Source of the DNA: Catajapyx aquilonaris
Lineage: Eukaryota
Direction of reading: 5' to 3'
Assembly (NCBI GenBank): GCA_000934665.2
Contig: JYFJ02002345.1
Coordinates: 1-58,849, forward strand
DNA: 58,849 nt
Shown: positions 12,452-27,200 of the stretch, piece after piece
How positions within the stretch are numbered: position 1 is the stretch's first letter
Layout of the letters: the number at the start of each line of letters is the position of its first letter
Translations under genes and position numbers: made by a program
The notes under the pieces: generated by a model
Told to the model about the DNA's origin: nothing
Seen by the model: the letters and a program-made list of their open reading frames with translations, nothing else
The model's database searches: none

Positions 12452-15400
12452 TTAAGAAGAAGAACAACGAAACATATCCAACAGACTTATACCAGCAAGT
12501 TTTTTTCTAAGTGCAAAGTATATCAACAGCATTCCCAAGAGGACACAAATCCAAGCTAATTCACTTGCAAACCCAATTAAAACAGCCCTGCTACTGATTC
12601 CCCACCCCCTACTAACCATGCTCCTCATGGCTTCACTGGACAATGTCACAGGAGCCAGGTAGCACATCCACCTGAGCCAAGCCCTGTGTACTGCTTCCAG
12701 TGGCCACACCAACCCTCCCAGCAATTGGAGAGAGAAAGCGATGGCCACTACAAGCATGACGACTCCATCAATGCCAGGCAATATGACTCCTATCAGTGTG
12801 CCAGCACAAATGGCACACAGTGAATTCAAGATGCAGAGAAGAATTATCCACAATAATGAGCTAGCCACGGGGACTTGCAATAGGATGTAAATCATCAGCA
12901 ACACTACGAACGTGGGGTACAAGGAGAAGATCAGGAGTGATACGATGTGAGAAACTATGAATTCCCAGTGTCTGACACCTGCAAGAATATTCAGCAATCA
13001 CGTGTACAATAATCCAGGAAAAAAAGAGGACATACCTGAGACAATTGTTCTCTCCATCATTCCATCGAATTTTTCCCATTGAAATTTGACTGCAGAAAAG
13101 CCAAAAGAAATCGCGAATGTAACTCTGGAATTTTGTAATGTGAGAATTATATTATACACATTCATAATAACAACTTGACACAAAGTACAAATGACTTACT
13201 GTATCAGATATCCAGGAGCAATAAATTCCAAAAAGTTAGGCTTATTGCTGCCATATATTGGTTCTGATGCTATTGGTGCGGATGCCAATGGCGTAGTGCT
13301 TAGGTTGCAAGATTGTAACATGTGGCGTGCAAAATGAAGAAATCTTTTTAACATCATATGTTGAATAGTCAGGGAAGTTTGCAAGCCTGGAAATAAAATT
13401 GCGTATGAATTCATTAATTCCTCGTGGTATTTTCCAGAATAAGGTCGAAAACATACCGTTAGTATTCTTATACACAAAAACTGATACAGCACTACTTTAT
13501 TACTTCAAACGATGCTCTTACTTGCCATATCCATTCTGAGAGTTACACTTGACGTGACCTTATTTTTGTTCTTGCTAATGAATCGTCGAAAGAGATTTCT
13601 GGAGTAATCCTTGGGGATAATGAGAACTCCGAATGCGTCACCCTTTTCAACAGACATCACGGCAGCGTCCTCGTCTGGATACGGAACCTGAATATACGGT
13701 ATAAAGTTATTTCTTGAATATCTAAAAAATTCTTTCGCAGTATTATTTGCCGAAGAAAGATATGGAAAGAATACCTACAAGTGTGACCATTTCATGATCA
13801 AGTTTTCCCATGTAGGCGCAGCTTAAATTGAAGAAAGAGCAACCCTTGGGTGACTGGCACAGTGGATCCGCAGGCCATTCATGATTCACTACACCCAAAT
13901 TAACCTTCTTGGGATCACCTCCAAAGGTAAATGCCAATATGAGCATAACGAAAAGAGGCAAGTGAGAGAATGTTAATGATATCCTGGAATTGAAGAAATC
14001 ATTAATATTAGGCTACATGTAGCTTCAAAGAAAAGCACACAGCTGTGCCAGAAGACCTTACATGATGTTTCGCCAAAACCAAATAAAATTTTTCTTCATG
14101 AGTGCGCATATGTTATTTGCAGAGGAAGAATTACGACTCATTTCAGCCTCCCCCAACTTGTCATATGTCTCCTTACATCTTTTGACACCAACTGAGGAAT
14201 TTTCTTCATCCATTATGCAAAGAGACAGAAACATGTCGTCTAGCTTGCTGACTGAGTTGTGTTCACCGAAGGTGACCGATTCTGGACTGTCTTCGAAAAT
14301 CAATCGGCCATTTCTCATAAATCCTATTGTGTCGGCCTGCTTCGTCTCTTCCACATAATGAGTCGAAAGAATAATGGTCACATCTTCCAGAGCTAACTTG
14401 CGTAAAGTCTGCCAAATCCTGACAAATGTGCAAAACATAATTATTTTATTTTTACTGATACTGTGAGTTTACAATGTCAAAGCTTATTCACATTACCTCT
14501 GACGAAGTAATGGATCCATTCCAACTGTTGGTTCATCCAGAACCAGTAGTTTGGGATTGTGCAGCATTGCTATCGTCAGTGATACCCGTTTTTTCTGACC
14601 ACCACTAACAACAAAGATATAAAATACCTAATTTAATGTGGCTACAACAAAAACTTGACTGAAGCCATGAATCACTCTTAAGAAACCTTTTCACATAAAA
14701 ATTACATTTATAACCTGCGCAGTATTATTGTTAAGAAACTTATTAATGGCCAAAACTGACCTTGTGAGCCTCATTCACGCAAATGAAAAAAAAAACTTAC
14801 TTTTTGTTGTGTAAATGTTGTTTGAGTTTGTAAATCTCCCTGTACATAGGCTCCAAAAATCATACTTGCCTTAGGGTATGAATGACTCTATCCTGTGGTG
14901 GGATCTGCAAGAGTTTCATGAGATATGCTAGTCTCTGCTTGATTTCCTCATTTGTCATTCTGTGGATGTGGCCAAAGAAGTAAGTTGCTTCTTGTATTGT
15001 CATTGTAAGTGGAAGAGCTTCATTTTGCGGCATGTATCCTATTAATGAGCCTTGAACGCTGCTGTCAGGGGTTCGACCCAGAACTTTGACTTCTCCTGAG
15101 TCCACTGATATGTATCCTACGATGCAAGACAACACGGTTGTTTTTCCACAGCCGGATGATCCTATCAGGGCATATCTGCATAAATCAAAAGGTTATTGGC
15201 ATATTAACTTACAAGGTTATGTGAAATAGAAGTATAGTAAACAATAACAACAACGAAAAAATAAAAATATTAATATTAATAATGCGGGTCAATGATCAAT
15301 ACCGTACACTATTATTTTTAGATAACGTTATCATAAGTAAAATATTATGTGCCAATAATATTCTACTTACATTGTTCCCTTCTTGACTTGCATTTCAAAG

Positions 15401-15522
15401 TTCCTAAGAACTAAAGGGGAATTTCTTTTTCTGCTGTAGCAGTGGCATGCATCTTGGAATGTTACAGCATACTGATTAGATGGCAATAATATCTGACTCT
15501 CAGATCTCTTCTCGGCGTCCAT
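12452..15522 (-). CDS. ABC transporter, H subfamily, paralog B
   Basis: Same nine-exon layout as paralog A, approx. 15522-15371, 15174-14870, 14604-14497, 14418-14062, 13983-13779, 13687-13522, 13386-13199, 13124-13036 and 12978-12452. Motifs [34 protein letters not shown] and GGLVWPLEA. Intron 2 needs a GC donor. Confidence 0.9.
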
Positions 15523-16280
15523 GCTACGGATGCTGCTTAGAGTACATAGATAAAATACGTAGAATTATTATTTAAACATGACAGGATACAGGGTGGCTCA
15601 ACATTTCCCCTGCAATTCAAAATGAAATGCAGCAACCATCATGCAGTAGGTTTAGCACACTTCATACAGCTTAATGAGAGTAATATTATGCAATTTACTC
15701 TATATGCTTATGGTATCTCTTAACAAACTGTTTCAGTAATATCAAATTTGTGATGGTAATTATACAGTGCAAATAATAAATTAATGAACTCTTACTTCAA
15801 CAATGTCCTTTACACGAAGCGATGTTGCTCATAAAGTTTAGTTTTCACATATCTGCTAACACCAAGGCTAATACTTCACTTTGTAATCGGAGGAATTTTG
15901 ATATGATAAGATAACTTTCTATGATTACGATATATTCCCATTATGTGCAACTGCACCTGCCACTGCCAGCTGCCCTGATATAGATATCCGAGATGGATAC
16001 ATAACATGATGTTGACTCTGGCATTGTGAATAAAACAAAGGCTTGTAGACTATAAAAAAGTGGATTGTCTTGCAATAGAAATGAATAGATCAAGGAATCA
16101 CGAGAAAATTACTGATAGAATCATCCTGTAAGGCACATCGACATCATTCTTATGGCACAGTCACATAACAGCACCAGTTGTCATGTCCAAAGAGCTTAAT
16201 ACTAGGAAGAGTGGAAAAAAACGGTTTCCAAGCGTCGCCCCTTTTTGGCCAGTTGTTTAGTCAACGTGTTTGGCTGTCGA

Positions 16281-16308
16281 CCACTACGTGGCGCCACTAG
16301 GCGGCACC
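16281..16308 (+). promoter_or_regulatory. Two overlapping CTCF-like motifs
   Basis: CCACTACGTGGCGCC and CCACTAGGCGGCACC resemble CCACYAGRKGGCGC. They lie between the divergent ABCH-B and novel-family promoters. Confidence 0.4.
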
Positions 16309-16541
16309 GTCGAGTGCTGTCGAGAGGAATTTCAATAAACTGTGTTGATTTAATATCAAGAGGCACATAATTAAGAGTTATAAATCTAAAAACTGACCAA
16401 TATGAGGTCGTACGCGGTTAAGGCACTAATTTTGGACCCGAAACTGATATTCGACGCAGCTTGCCACCCTGCACCTAACAATCCAAATAATCACCGATCG
16501 TTGCTTAGAAATCAGGTTCGAATTTTGAAATGGAACTAGTT

Positions 16542-16888
16542 TATTATTATTTTTTTATTTTTTTTATTTTTTACGGTACCCCGTGATAGGGCCATAGGCC
16601 CTTATAGGGGGCTGGAATACCACCATTTTTCCTTCAATTTTCAGATTTTTTTCTTCTAACTCCGGTGCAAGGATGAAAGGACATGAGGTAAGGATAGAGG
16701 GATTTTTGGGGAGGGAACATAGGTGCAAGTGCAATGTCGGTAAAGGGGTCATGTGCTGTCCCCCAGGAGGTTAGGTTGCCAGACACCTCCTTGGTGCAGG
16801 TCAGAGACCCTCCTGACGCAGGTGAAAGGAAAGTTTCCCAGGCGGGGATCGAACCTGGGGCCTTTCACTCAGCAAGCCGAGACATTAC
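16542..16888 (-). mobile_element. tRNA-derived SINE (5'-truncated head), same family as the copy at 34564
   Basis: The minus-strand 5' half (TCTCGGCTTGCTGAGTGAAAGGCCCCAGGTTCGATCCCC...AACCTCCTGGGGGAC) is near-identical to 34590-34716. It ends in CCCCCT-hairpin-CACGGGGT and an A-rich tail. Confidence 0.85.
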
Positions 16889-17271
16889 GGTCGGGGGTCA
16901 TGATTGTCATCATCGCCTCTTTGTTGCTATACATTTGAGTCTTGAAGCAGAGCAAAAATAAAGGCTTTTTTATGCACCAAAGTGTACAGTCAGAGTTGAG
17001 ATGTTTCACTGCCAACTTTTCATTTAATATGTAGCCAAGATCTACTACTTTTAATGTCGAAAGTGGTCTGCAATGGTGAAAAGCATTTGAGAGCCAAAAT
17101 TCCCACAAATTCATCTGGAAAAAGTACGCTATATCAAATGGCAGGTACAGTACATCACCTTGACAACAAACTCGCTTCGAAGGTTGGAGATGTAAACAAA
17201 TAGACGCATATTCCAGGAATCTTTTGTTGGAGTCGGAAGTGTTTCTTTTACGTGCATTTACGACTTCAAAT

Positions 17272-19830
17272 ATGGAGGATAATATGGCAAGTATTATATT
17301 GACTGAAATATTTTTCTAAACCTTGTTGAGCATGTTTATGATTGTACCTATATTTCACCAACAGAAAAAGGTTCCTCCCAAAAAACCTGTAAAGGTAAGA
17401 CTTGGCAGAAAAATGTAGGCAAGTTGCAACATTGCAATAAATTATCTCATTTAATTACAGCACCGCAGGACCATTAAGCCATGGAAAAAATTGGTCGCGG
17501 TTACACCAGGGACAGAATGGTATAAAATCAAACCACTTTTACTTCCGCGAAGCGTAGGAGGAATGCATGACATCAAGTGCATGCTTGAATTTGCAGATGA
17601 ACTTCTTAAAAGTAAGCATTGACTGTGACTATAAATTGACATGCATTGACATGCAGGTGGTCATGCAATAGATGCGCCTTAAGGGGATAATAACTACTGA
17701 ATAAACAATTCCATATTGTTGTACTTTATATATACTGTGCATTTAAAAAAATAACCATTTTCTCCACACCAACTTCCAGGACAGAGAGCAAAGCAGCTAT
17801 ATCTGCGTGCACTGAAGGCCATGAAAAAGGGGGAAACAATAGAACTGATTGATAAAGTTAGGAGAGATGTGGCAATGAGTAAGGGATTTGAAACAGAGGT
17901 TACGAAACAACGAATCAAGTAAGATGTTCCCTACAGCACACGAGTGTCTCCACGTAAAATTCTTCGCTGTTATTACAATGACTTGTCTTCGCTTGTCTTA
18001 CCCTGACATTCACATATAATTGTATGGTACTCTTACATATTTGGTCAATTTAGGATTAGGCCTATTTATTATACGTAGTAGACCACTATCTCAAAATAAT
18101 GTGAAATGAACACTTTATTTCAGATACGGCCGAAAGTACCGCATTGATGTATTTTTAGAGCAACTTAAGGCCATTAAAATATTACTTACTTGCTTACTCA
18201 ACATGAAAACTGAGCATCTTTATACACTGGTCAGTTCGATACAAAGCAATGGCAAATGTGATGCAATAATATCAAAAATTTTATTGCAGGATCTTCTTCA
18301 TCCAGCTACAATCAAATATCTAAGAAAGCCCTTTCCCAGAAGACTGCTACTAGAAATGAACTCTCTACGGAGCAATCCGTAAGTGAAAAACTATAGCAAT
18401 CTTACGCAAATCCAAGAAATAATATAAGACTCAAATCCTGTGTTTGTCGAGTAAAGTAAGTAGTGATAATATTTCACTACTAACGTAATGCTTATTTAAA
18501 TGATTTGACAATACCCAGACGACTAATCATACTCCATTATTATAAGTGTCAGAATACGTAAAGTACCGTATGTATTGTATGATTGACAAAATATTGGACA
18601 AAATATTGTAACTGGTTCATCCACAGAATTTCCTTGGGAACTGCTGAAAAACCTATCACACTTCAAGACCTAATACAATCAGGATCTGGTAACTGGGAAT
18701 CCCGCATGTATGTGCAAGCATTTTACATTAAAGTGTATGCACACCAGTAATTAATTACTGATAAGCATGTTCATAATTCAGCAAACAGTACGATCCTGGG
18801 TATAAAATACCTCCTGTGATCTCCACGCCAAGAAACAAATTGGCGCCTCTCAAGTTCCTAACTCCCAGGAAGTTCCAAGAAAGCTGTTTCCCTCAAGAAA
18901 CGCCTCCTTGGTTGAGGCCCCCGAAGAACTTTGAAGAACGTCACATTAGTAGGCCTACGCTATTAGCAGCAGACATTGTGAAGCAGATGAGAGACGACTA
19001 CAACGATATGAATGAGCGATTGCGAGACGAGTACCTCCGCAACGTGGAGAAACAGACTAAAGAAATGGCTATGACCTTCAAGCACAAGTACTCCGGTGAC
19101 TTACTTTTGTTCTCATATCCTTCGCCAGCATAATTAGTTTCGGCTACTTTATCCTGGTCTTGAAGCAACCTTTCGCACAGGCCCCACGGTGAGGAGGTGT
19201 GTGAAGGGTTGCTTCAAGACCAGGATAAAGTGGCCGGAACTAATTGAACCCGATTGTACAGTACGTTGCTTGCTGACCGATATTTGTACATATGTAGCGT
19301 ACATCAAACACTACGACAGCGGAGCAGCTCTGGAGCATATGAGAACTAGAGCTAGGCTTGCCTTACACGAACACGCCGCAATTACTCCCAGCTTTTGGTA
19401 AGTTGTTAAAAAATATAGATTCATTAGAGAATAAATTGTAGACTTAAACATCTTTGCACAGGTATGTCGAGTTGCTGAGAAGAGCAGTACACTTGGAATG
19501 TCTTGGAGTAACTGAAATAAGAACCACAATGGATGACCTAATGTTATTGGGCGAGGTTGATGAATACCTCTTCACTAATGGCTTGCAAAAATTATGCTTA
19601 ATCACACTCTCACTTCCTATTACGGATTTAGCCACGGAGGCGTGGCAGGAAGCCGTTGTGGTATATCAAAATTTTTATTACATTCATTGGAAATGATTTT
19701 TAAGGTATTATCTTCTATAGACTTAAAATATTCTGATTGTCACTTGCAGTTCTTGATCAAGAATTTATTTCACGCTCCTGATAAGACTTTCCAGTATTGG
19801 ATGAAGTTCAAGAAATTTTACTGCGGCTAG
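17272..19830 (+). CDS. Uncharacterised tandem family, paralog 1 (11 exons, ~434 aa)
   Basis: Exons 17272-17286 (GC donor), 17365-17394, 17461-17611, 17780-17918, 18124-18229, 18290-18378, 18627-18707, 18782-19095, 19298-19397, 19462-19660 and 19750-19830. The ORF is open throughout and homologous to paralogs 2-4. Confidence 0.8.
19132..19245 (+). repeat. 48-bp-arm inverted repeat (hairpin or small MITE) in intron 8 of paralog 1
   Basis: Arms 19132-19179 and 19198-19245 pair fully, with 4 G-U pairs on the + strand and an 18-nt loop. Confidence 0.9.
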
Positions 19831-20739
19831 AGTTAATTACTCTCATTGTCACTCTCGCTTCTGGGATGAGGTGTGTCTCCGAGAAGGCTTCGGAGGATTT
19901 TAACTTGGCCACTTGCACCAACGTGAGACAGGTTTTTAAAAATAAACATTTATTTTTTTAACGTGCCACCTCTTATATTTTGGCATATTTTTAATTGCAT
20001 TGCCACAATGCCGCGGAAACAACAATACTTCAGTTTTCAAATGGTTTTTTAGTCGCAACAATTGCATTTTTCGGTAATGATACAGAAGCCTCCGATATTT
20101 CTCTCTTTTATTCTATATGATAAACTAGTAATTCATGAGTTGATAGGATTAGAATATTAGATGGAACGCAAGAGTTGTATGCTTTTCTTTCTTCAGGTGA
20201 ACTATATGTTAGGAAGAGTGTTCAGAGCGCAATATGGTGATAAGTCATCGTTCTGCACAGCAAGAACATCAACCAGAAGAATCTGAAGGCTGCAAGAGCC
20301 TAATAATATCTGTACATAAAAGATATTGTTTATAAATAATTATATAACAAAATATAACTTATTTGTACACAGTATATGATAAAAACTACTCGCATACATA
20401 TTGAATGGGACCACGTTAAACGTGAAAAATAAGAAATCGTTACACATCACCGTCCCCAGTATGTATATACAGTACTGTACATCCATCTATAAATATATAT
20501 ACAGCATAATACAGTATATAATAAAGTCAAGAAATTCACATGAATTTTTGAATAATATTATTCTGATACGTTGTGAAGCCCAGCAGTCATATTCCTTGTA
20601 TTGTGTGTATTTATGACAACGCATAGCATGACAAAAAAAATATTAATGCTGCTCAACCTATAGTTGCTATGGAAGTGTAAATAGTTTATATTAGAGATCA
20701 TTCTTGGAGGGAGAGGACGTGTACTATCTCTGCAGCATA

Positions 20740-23700
20740 ATGCCGAAGAAAGCGGTACGAATAACAATGGGTATCCGTTTCATTTTTATGTTAGGACAAG
20801 TTCTTGAGATCTTTCATTCTAGCAGCTGCAGCAAGTGGAATCTGCAGATCCTGCTGTGATCTTAGAACAGGTAAGCTATGCACTAGTATATCACTTCAGT
20901 GTACAGGATAACAATAATGTGACTTTAGTTTACAACACTATAACTGACAGTGCAGCATATGATTCAAACTATATTATGTCACTAGCTGTTGAGTACCTTT
21001 AGTAAATTAAATGTGAGTTATGTCGAGCTATGCAACCATTGTTTGTGAATAATTGTAATCGCGACTTTTTACTTACATTACTGTCAAAATTTAATCTTCA
21101 AATAATGTACAGTGCGTTTCAATAGTAACTAACCATGCGTAAAGCTGCTTTCTTGAGTCTTGCAAATGCAATGTCATTTAGTTATTATGCTGCATTATAT
21201 GAACAGATTTACGGAAAAATATATCCCGGGGAAAGAATAGTATTGGCACCACCTTCTTCAGCCGACTTTGAGTTCAAAGCCGTAGGAAAGCCCAGTATCA
21301 TCGGTGGATCAGAAGAATTATTCAAAATTCTTAGAACACCAATACTAAACCTTCAAAGTTTGTACAATGAATATATTCGTACTGCAAGTAACGGAACAAT
21401 GGCACAATGATGGACAATTTTTTTTTCCAGGAGAATTAACTTCGAAGCGTGTCTTGGAGTCACAGTTAGTCACAGGCAAGAAGCGCGATGTAATAGAAGA
21501 AAAAATGCATGCTGTGGAGGAAAAATTCAAGGCGGCAGAAGGGCAGCAAGAGTCTGGCCCTATCAGGAAACTAGATCTCGAAATCAACTGGAAAGAGTAA
21601 AAAAAAATTGCTCACAAATTTTGAGAGACCCAAGATCAAAGTGTAAACTCTGGCTGTGCTTCTTTTTCCAGGACAGTCCGGTGCAGACTAGCTCAAGACT
21701 TGGAGAAAAAAATGCACATCATTTACGATATCATTACCAGCTTGATGAAAATCACCAAGGAGGATTTAAATTCAAATGTAAAGTTCATTCACAACTTTTT
21801 ATGTTGCTATATTGCATACTAGGTGCCTTTGGCTGTGTTAGGAGCAATGGAAATATCCACAATTTCATAAGCTAATAAAAAATGTGAAAAATCAAAATGG
21901 CAAAACATTTGAAATACTTGTGAATCTAAACACGAATTTAACGTTTTTAATGATGTGGGAATGTCCTATGATGAGCATCGTAAATGATAAGTGCCAATAT
22001 CCACTCTAATTAAGCAAAAGGAGGCAAAATGAGCGGTGTTGTTGTGAGTAAAACTTCATACACTATATACGTGTATAATACATGTAATATCATTGTGCAG
22101 TACTACACGGCCGTACCAATAGAGAATGAAGATTTCATTAATTTTTCCTCTTGTTTGTACCAATATCTCGCTTTTTCAGGTAACACTAACGATCTCTACT
22201 GTCAAAGCTATTCGACGTGATCCACCCAAACCCGAAGAAAGTTGGGACAAATGCAGGTATTGTTACATTATGTTCGTTTAGAATATCAATGTTACTGTTA
22301 CATTTATGTTTCTCAAATTGTTTCATGCAAAATTATATTTAAAGAAATCTCACAACTACCGGTATCAATATTATGACAGTAAGCCTAATACAGTCTATTA
22401 TTTGTTTCACTTGCTTCCAGCAAGATTCAGAGTTGTGAACCACAATTATTGAAGAAGAAATTTGAAATTGGACCGTACGTATACACCATACAAGTTTTAA
22501 GCTATTTTCAATATAATCCACTTTAATCCAAAGTGTATTTCAGACTCTTACACGTGGTGACACCCGGCGTACGTCCAATGATGCATAGAAGAGCCATGAA
22601 GGTGATGGCGAAAGGCGTTACAGCCTCTACATTTGCAAGAATCACATTTCCTCTTGAACCACTCCCTCCGTGGAAAGAAGTAGCCCCAGAAGCTGTTTCA
22701 CAATATTATGTGAAAAATAAAACATTCACAGTAGAGCTGGCAACTGACATTGTACAGTCCATGAGGCATTCCCATTCGAACATGTCCGCAAGAGTCAAGA
22801 GAGATTGCGATAGTCTATTAAAATCTCAAACTCGTGACATGGAAATAACCTTCCCGCAAAAAATGTACGGTAAGAAATATCTCCTCAAATCACATAATAA
22901 TACTGAGATATGTTCCTTTTGCACTATGATACTAAACAATTCATTTTTCGATAACTAAAAGGACCCGCGCACTTGGAACACATTGTATATTATTTAAATA
23001 AATAATATACAGCGCATAAAAGTGTATGCCATGTGGTTAATATTTATCGCACGTGAACCATTGCAGGAGTGGATTACCATCATTATGATGCAGTCAGGGC
23101 GCTCTCAGAGATGAGAAAAAGGGGCAAGATTGCCGCCAAGACTTATGGAATGGAACAGGGAAGGAAATTTTACCCCAGTAAATGGTAGTGCCACTCAGCA
23201 TTATTTTTGTATCATTAATATATTCTCTCACGATTCCTCAATAATTTGTCATGGGAGTGAATGTAATGTAATGCTTAATTAAATGGATGCATAGGTTTTG
23301 GTAGAACAATAATTAGATCATGTGTAAAACATGTGGATATTAACTTTTGATATACAGTATTCAACCTCCCTGTGTAGTCAGTAACATATTAGAGTAGTAA
23401 TAGTGATACGCATGGAAATTTACATATTATCTATTTATTACAAGGTACATGGACCTGATAAAAGAGAGCGTCATCTTGAAAGCTGGGGAACTTCCAGAGA
23501 TCAAGGCTGCTTTGCAGAAGTTGATGAAAATGGCGGAAATGGACGAATGGTCTATTAAACAAGGATTCTCCAAGTTGTGTCTCCTGACTCTGTCTTTGCC
23601 ACTCGTAGAACTTGCCTCGCCTCTGTGGCAGAAAACCCTAATGGTAAAGACGTAGTGTCAAATAAGGCCATTTGTTTCAAATGTGATATGTGCGACTACT

Positions 23701-23877
23701 AAATCTCCCTCTTTCTTCCTCACCCCCCTTTTGTCTTATGAACAGTTCATGGTGGAAAGGTACTTCTGCGCCCCTGGAAGTATATTCCTAGAGTGGTTGA
23801 AATACCGGAACGTCACGTATTTGGTCAGTCAGGGCAAAGAACAGGTGTGGTGGCCTGACTTGAACAGCAACAAATAA
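20740..23877 (+). CDS. Uncharacterised tandem family, paralog 2 (11 exons)
   Basis: MPKKA|QLQQVES..LEQ|IYGKIYPGERIVLAPP...; ITFPLEPLPPW; WYMDLIKE..EMDEWSIKQGFSKLCLLTLSLPLVELASPLWQ|FMVERYFCAPGSIFLEWLKYR. Exon 3 is 21207-21357, exon 5 is 21672-21777 and exon 10 is 23445-23643. Confidence 0.8.
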
Positions 23878-24276
23878 AATGCTCTATATACCCGTGTATA
23901 ATGTCATTATTTGTAGGGCCGAGTCCTGTCCTAGAACATGACCTGTCCTAGAAATGCAGCTTCTCCTTGAATAATAAGGACTATCCTTCGAGTTATTTAA
24001 ACTACCCGCTCCAAAGACCCTTGATGCGTGTGTTGACTGTCGCAAAATAGGAAGTTATGGGTTATTAGCTTTCAATAATTTTGAAGCTAATATTGTTCAG
24101 TATACTGCATCATATGACATACTGACAAATAATACAGTAAATAATAAAAGCTGATTCAGATGCTAACAACAACAATAAATGCAAGCCATGAACAATACTA
24201 ATTGCTATGGAAATGCATCTGTAGTTGAATTTTTTTTTCTTCAAGGCAGACGCCTAAAAGATATATTGCGGCGAAT

Positions 24277-27200
24277 ATGTCAAGAGAAACGGTCAGTACA
24301 CATAAGTTGCCTTGTAGAATTATTTTAACTTGAAGAAAATCCTCACACTTTATTGCTTCATTTTTAGAAGGAAGATATCACCCGGGCATCTGAAAAATTG
24401 AAATCCACATTAGAACAGGTAATACTTTTTCCCACTTTGCGTTGCTATATGTTACCTAATTAGGCACAGCAACCTGCTAATGATTTTTGTTCACACTTTG
24501 TTCGCCCTCAAGTTACGTTAGCTACCTTATACGTTACGCTGACTGGCAATGCACATGATTCTAATTTACCCAGTATAAGTATAATTACCGAACATGCTTA
24601 TTCTTGCTATTCAGAGTCGTTGTTATTATCAACAATGAGTAAAGGTTTCAGTAACTTGTACTGGATATATGTGATCATGCATTATAATATAATGACATAT
24701 ATGATTGGTTACTGCACCAGATTTTCGGGAAGATAAACCCCGGAGACGTACTTGTGTTGGCACCTCCTAACTCGGAACATTTTGTTGTGGTGGATCCCCC
24801 TTTCCCCAGACAAGTTGCAGGATCAGAGGAAATAACCAAAATCATCGGAGCCTCAGTCGATCTTCTCAAACGTAAGAGGGTCTTACATGTTGTAAATTCT
24901 GAGTAACTGCAAGGTCTGTTTCAGAACAAAGAGGCGGGCAAGATTACTTGGAAAATCTGAGAAAGCAGAGATTAGCTAAGGATGTGGTAGACGCAGAGAC
25001 AGCACTCAGGCCCCGACGTCCGGCACACAAAATAGATATGATCCATAGTGGAGTTAATTTGCTGTTGATAGAGTATGGGCATCAAAGGACTTGACTGTGG
25101 GAAAAACCGAAATATTTTTTTAAAACGTTTCATCTTTGCAGGAAGCAACACCAGGAGACAATCGAAGAGTTTGAAACGTATCTTCGGATTATCATAATGA
25201 TTCTCACCAGTCTGCTAAACATGGACAACGAAATTTTAGACACATCTGTATAGTTAATCCTTCTTAACACTTGTAATATTATTATATTAAGCTATAGCCA
25301 GATTCAGTAATACGTCATGACAGTGGAGAATAAGACTTATGATGTTATGAATATTAACAGTTTAACACAATAATTCACTACTGAGGATTCTGTGAAGTTA
25401 TGTAGAGTCTGCAGTTTAGAGTCCACCTTTTTGTCTTAGAAGTGATTAAAATTAGTAACAATATTTTATTTAGTTACATTTAGATTTCCTTACCATTGAT
25501 CTCGAAGACCGAGGTTATTTAATAATCCTAATTGGGCATTTCACAGGTCACCCTTCATCCAGATGTTGTCAAAAAACTTCGACGAATATCGCTAGGCAAA
25601 CTTACGCCAGAAGAACAAGAGACCCAGCTAATGTACGAAAAAGTACTGAAAAAACTCAGGTGTGGTATTTTACTTAAAGTTATTAACGTCCTAGGGGGAA
25701 AAACATTGAGGTTGTATATAGGCCTATATTGATCAATATTCAGTAATGGTCATCACATTTTAATAGCAGAAACTTGCCAATATAATTTTTTCTATCATTG
25801 CCGTAGCAACCAAAAATTTTCACACGTGATAAAACATTATTAATGATAATTATGGTACAACTGTTATATAATCGCGTTATAATCATGCTTACCACACCTT
25901 CACAATGATGTAGGAATGGATCTATCTTCATAATTTGACACAGTGTGCCATTAAAATGGTCATTATTAGCATATATCAGATGGATCATTAGGCCTGTATA
26001 ATCGCGCCATTGGAAGGTCATAATGTAATCAAATGGACAAAATACTTATTTGCATAAGGTAATTATTATACATGAGTAAATTGATGGGATGTGGGACTAT
26101 TTCTGAAGCTGTATCATTTCTGTCTCGGTAATTTAGAAAATACCACTGAACCAATAATTTCACGAAAATATAATGTTATAATAAAAGTACTTAATGCTAA
26201 CTTGCAAGTGCATGAAAATATGAAGATGGTAATTTTATTCATGTGTTGTGAAGATCAGGGAAGTGTGCCGTCAAATTCGTCAAATAAAAAGTAAAGCTTT
26301 GACAGATTAGAAATTTTAAAAATCAGTCGTTACGGTAATAATAACAGAAAATCATATTGTCATGATTAAATACAGCGTCTTATAATTATTATTAAATGTC
26401 GCGATATAGGTATTAACATCATAATATGCGAGTGTGGATATTTGCCTTTTCTCTTGACATTTTTAAGTAGCACCTCCATTGCATTCAAAGGTGGTTGCCT
26501 ACAATCAGGTTATAAGAGTGATATTTCTTTGCTGGAGTCAACCTTGAAAATGGATTTTTCCGAAATTACAACGGTTGGAAAACTGATTGGCCCATGATAA
26601 TTACAAAATCCCCCAATCTGCACTAGTATAGTGCCAAAATTAATAATGCCATATAATTATTTATTTTTTCTGCAGCGATGATGTGATTCCCGTATCAGAA
26701 CTTCGGACTACGAGTATGTCTGTAACAGGACCGTAAGTATTCGTGCACATAGAGCACTATCGAATCTCTTTCGTTCAATTTTAATTCCTTCTATAGGATT
26801 CTACGTGTGATCTCAAAGGACTGCAAGCCAATGAACCCGATAAAAGCTGCCAAGTTGATGGCATCCGGAATATCGAAGTCAGAGTTTAACAGAATCACCT
26901 TTCCTATGGAGAAACATCCCCCATGGAGAATCCAAGATGAATCCAATACTACTGTTGTGACAACAGACGAGGCGAGAATCGAAATAGCAACGGATGTTTT
27001 GCAGTCCATTAGGAACGCCTACGTGAATATGTCAGAGAGGCTCAAGAGAGAACATGACCGACTGGTGGTCAATCAATCTCGTACTTTGGACAAGGCGTTC
27101 AGGCGCAAGTTCTACGGTAATAAAAATAATTATTAATCATGAAAGTGCCCAAAAATGGGATTGGAAATGAAGAAAATTACCAAATTGTCATTATCTAGTT

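Noticed and set aside
16564..16961. Matching short ORFs here and at 34404-34812
   Set aside because: They arise from the shared SINE sequence, not from protein homology.
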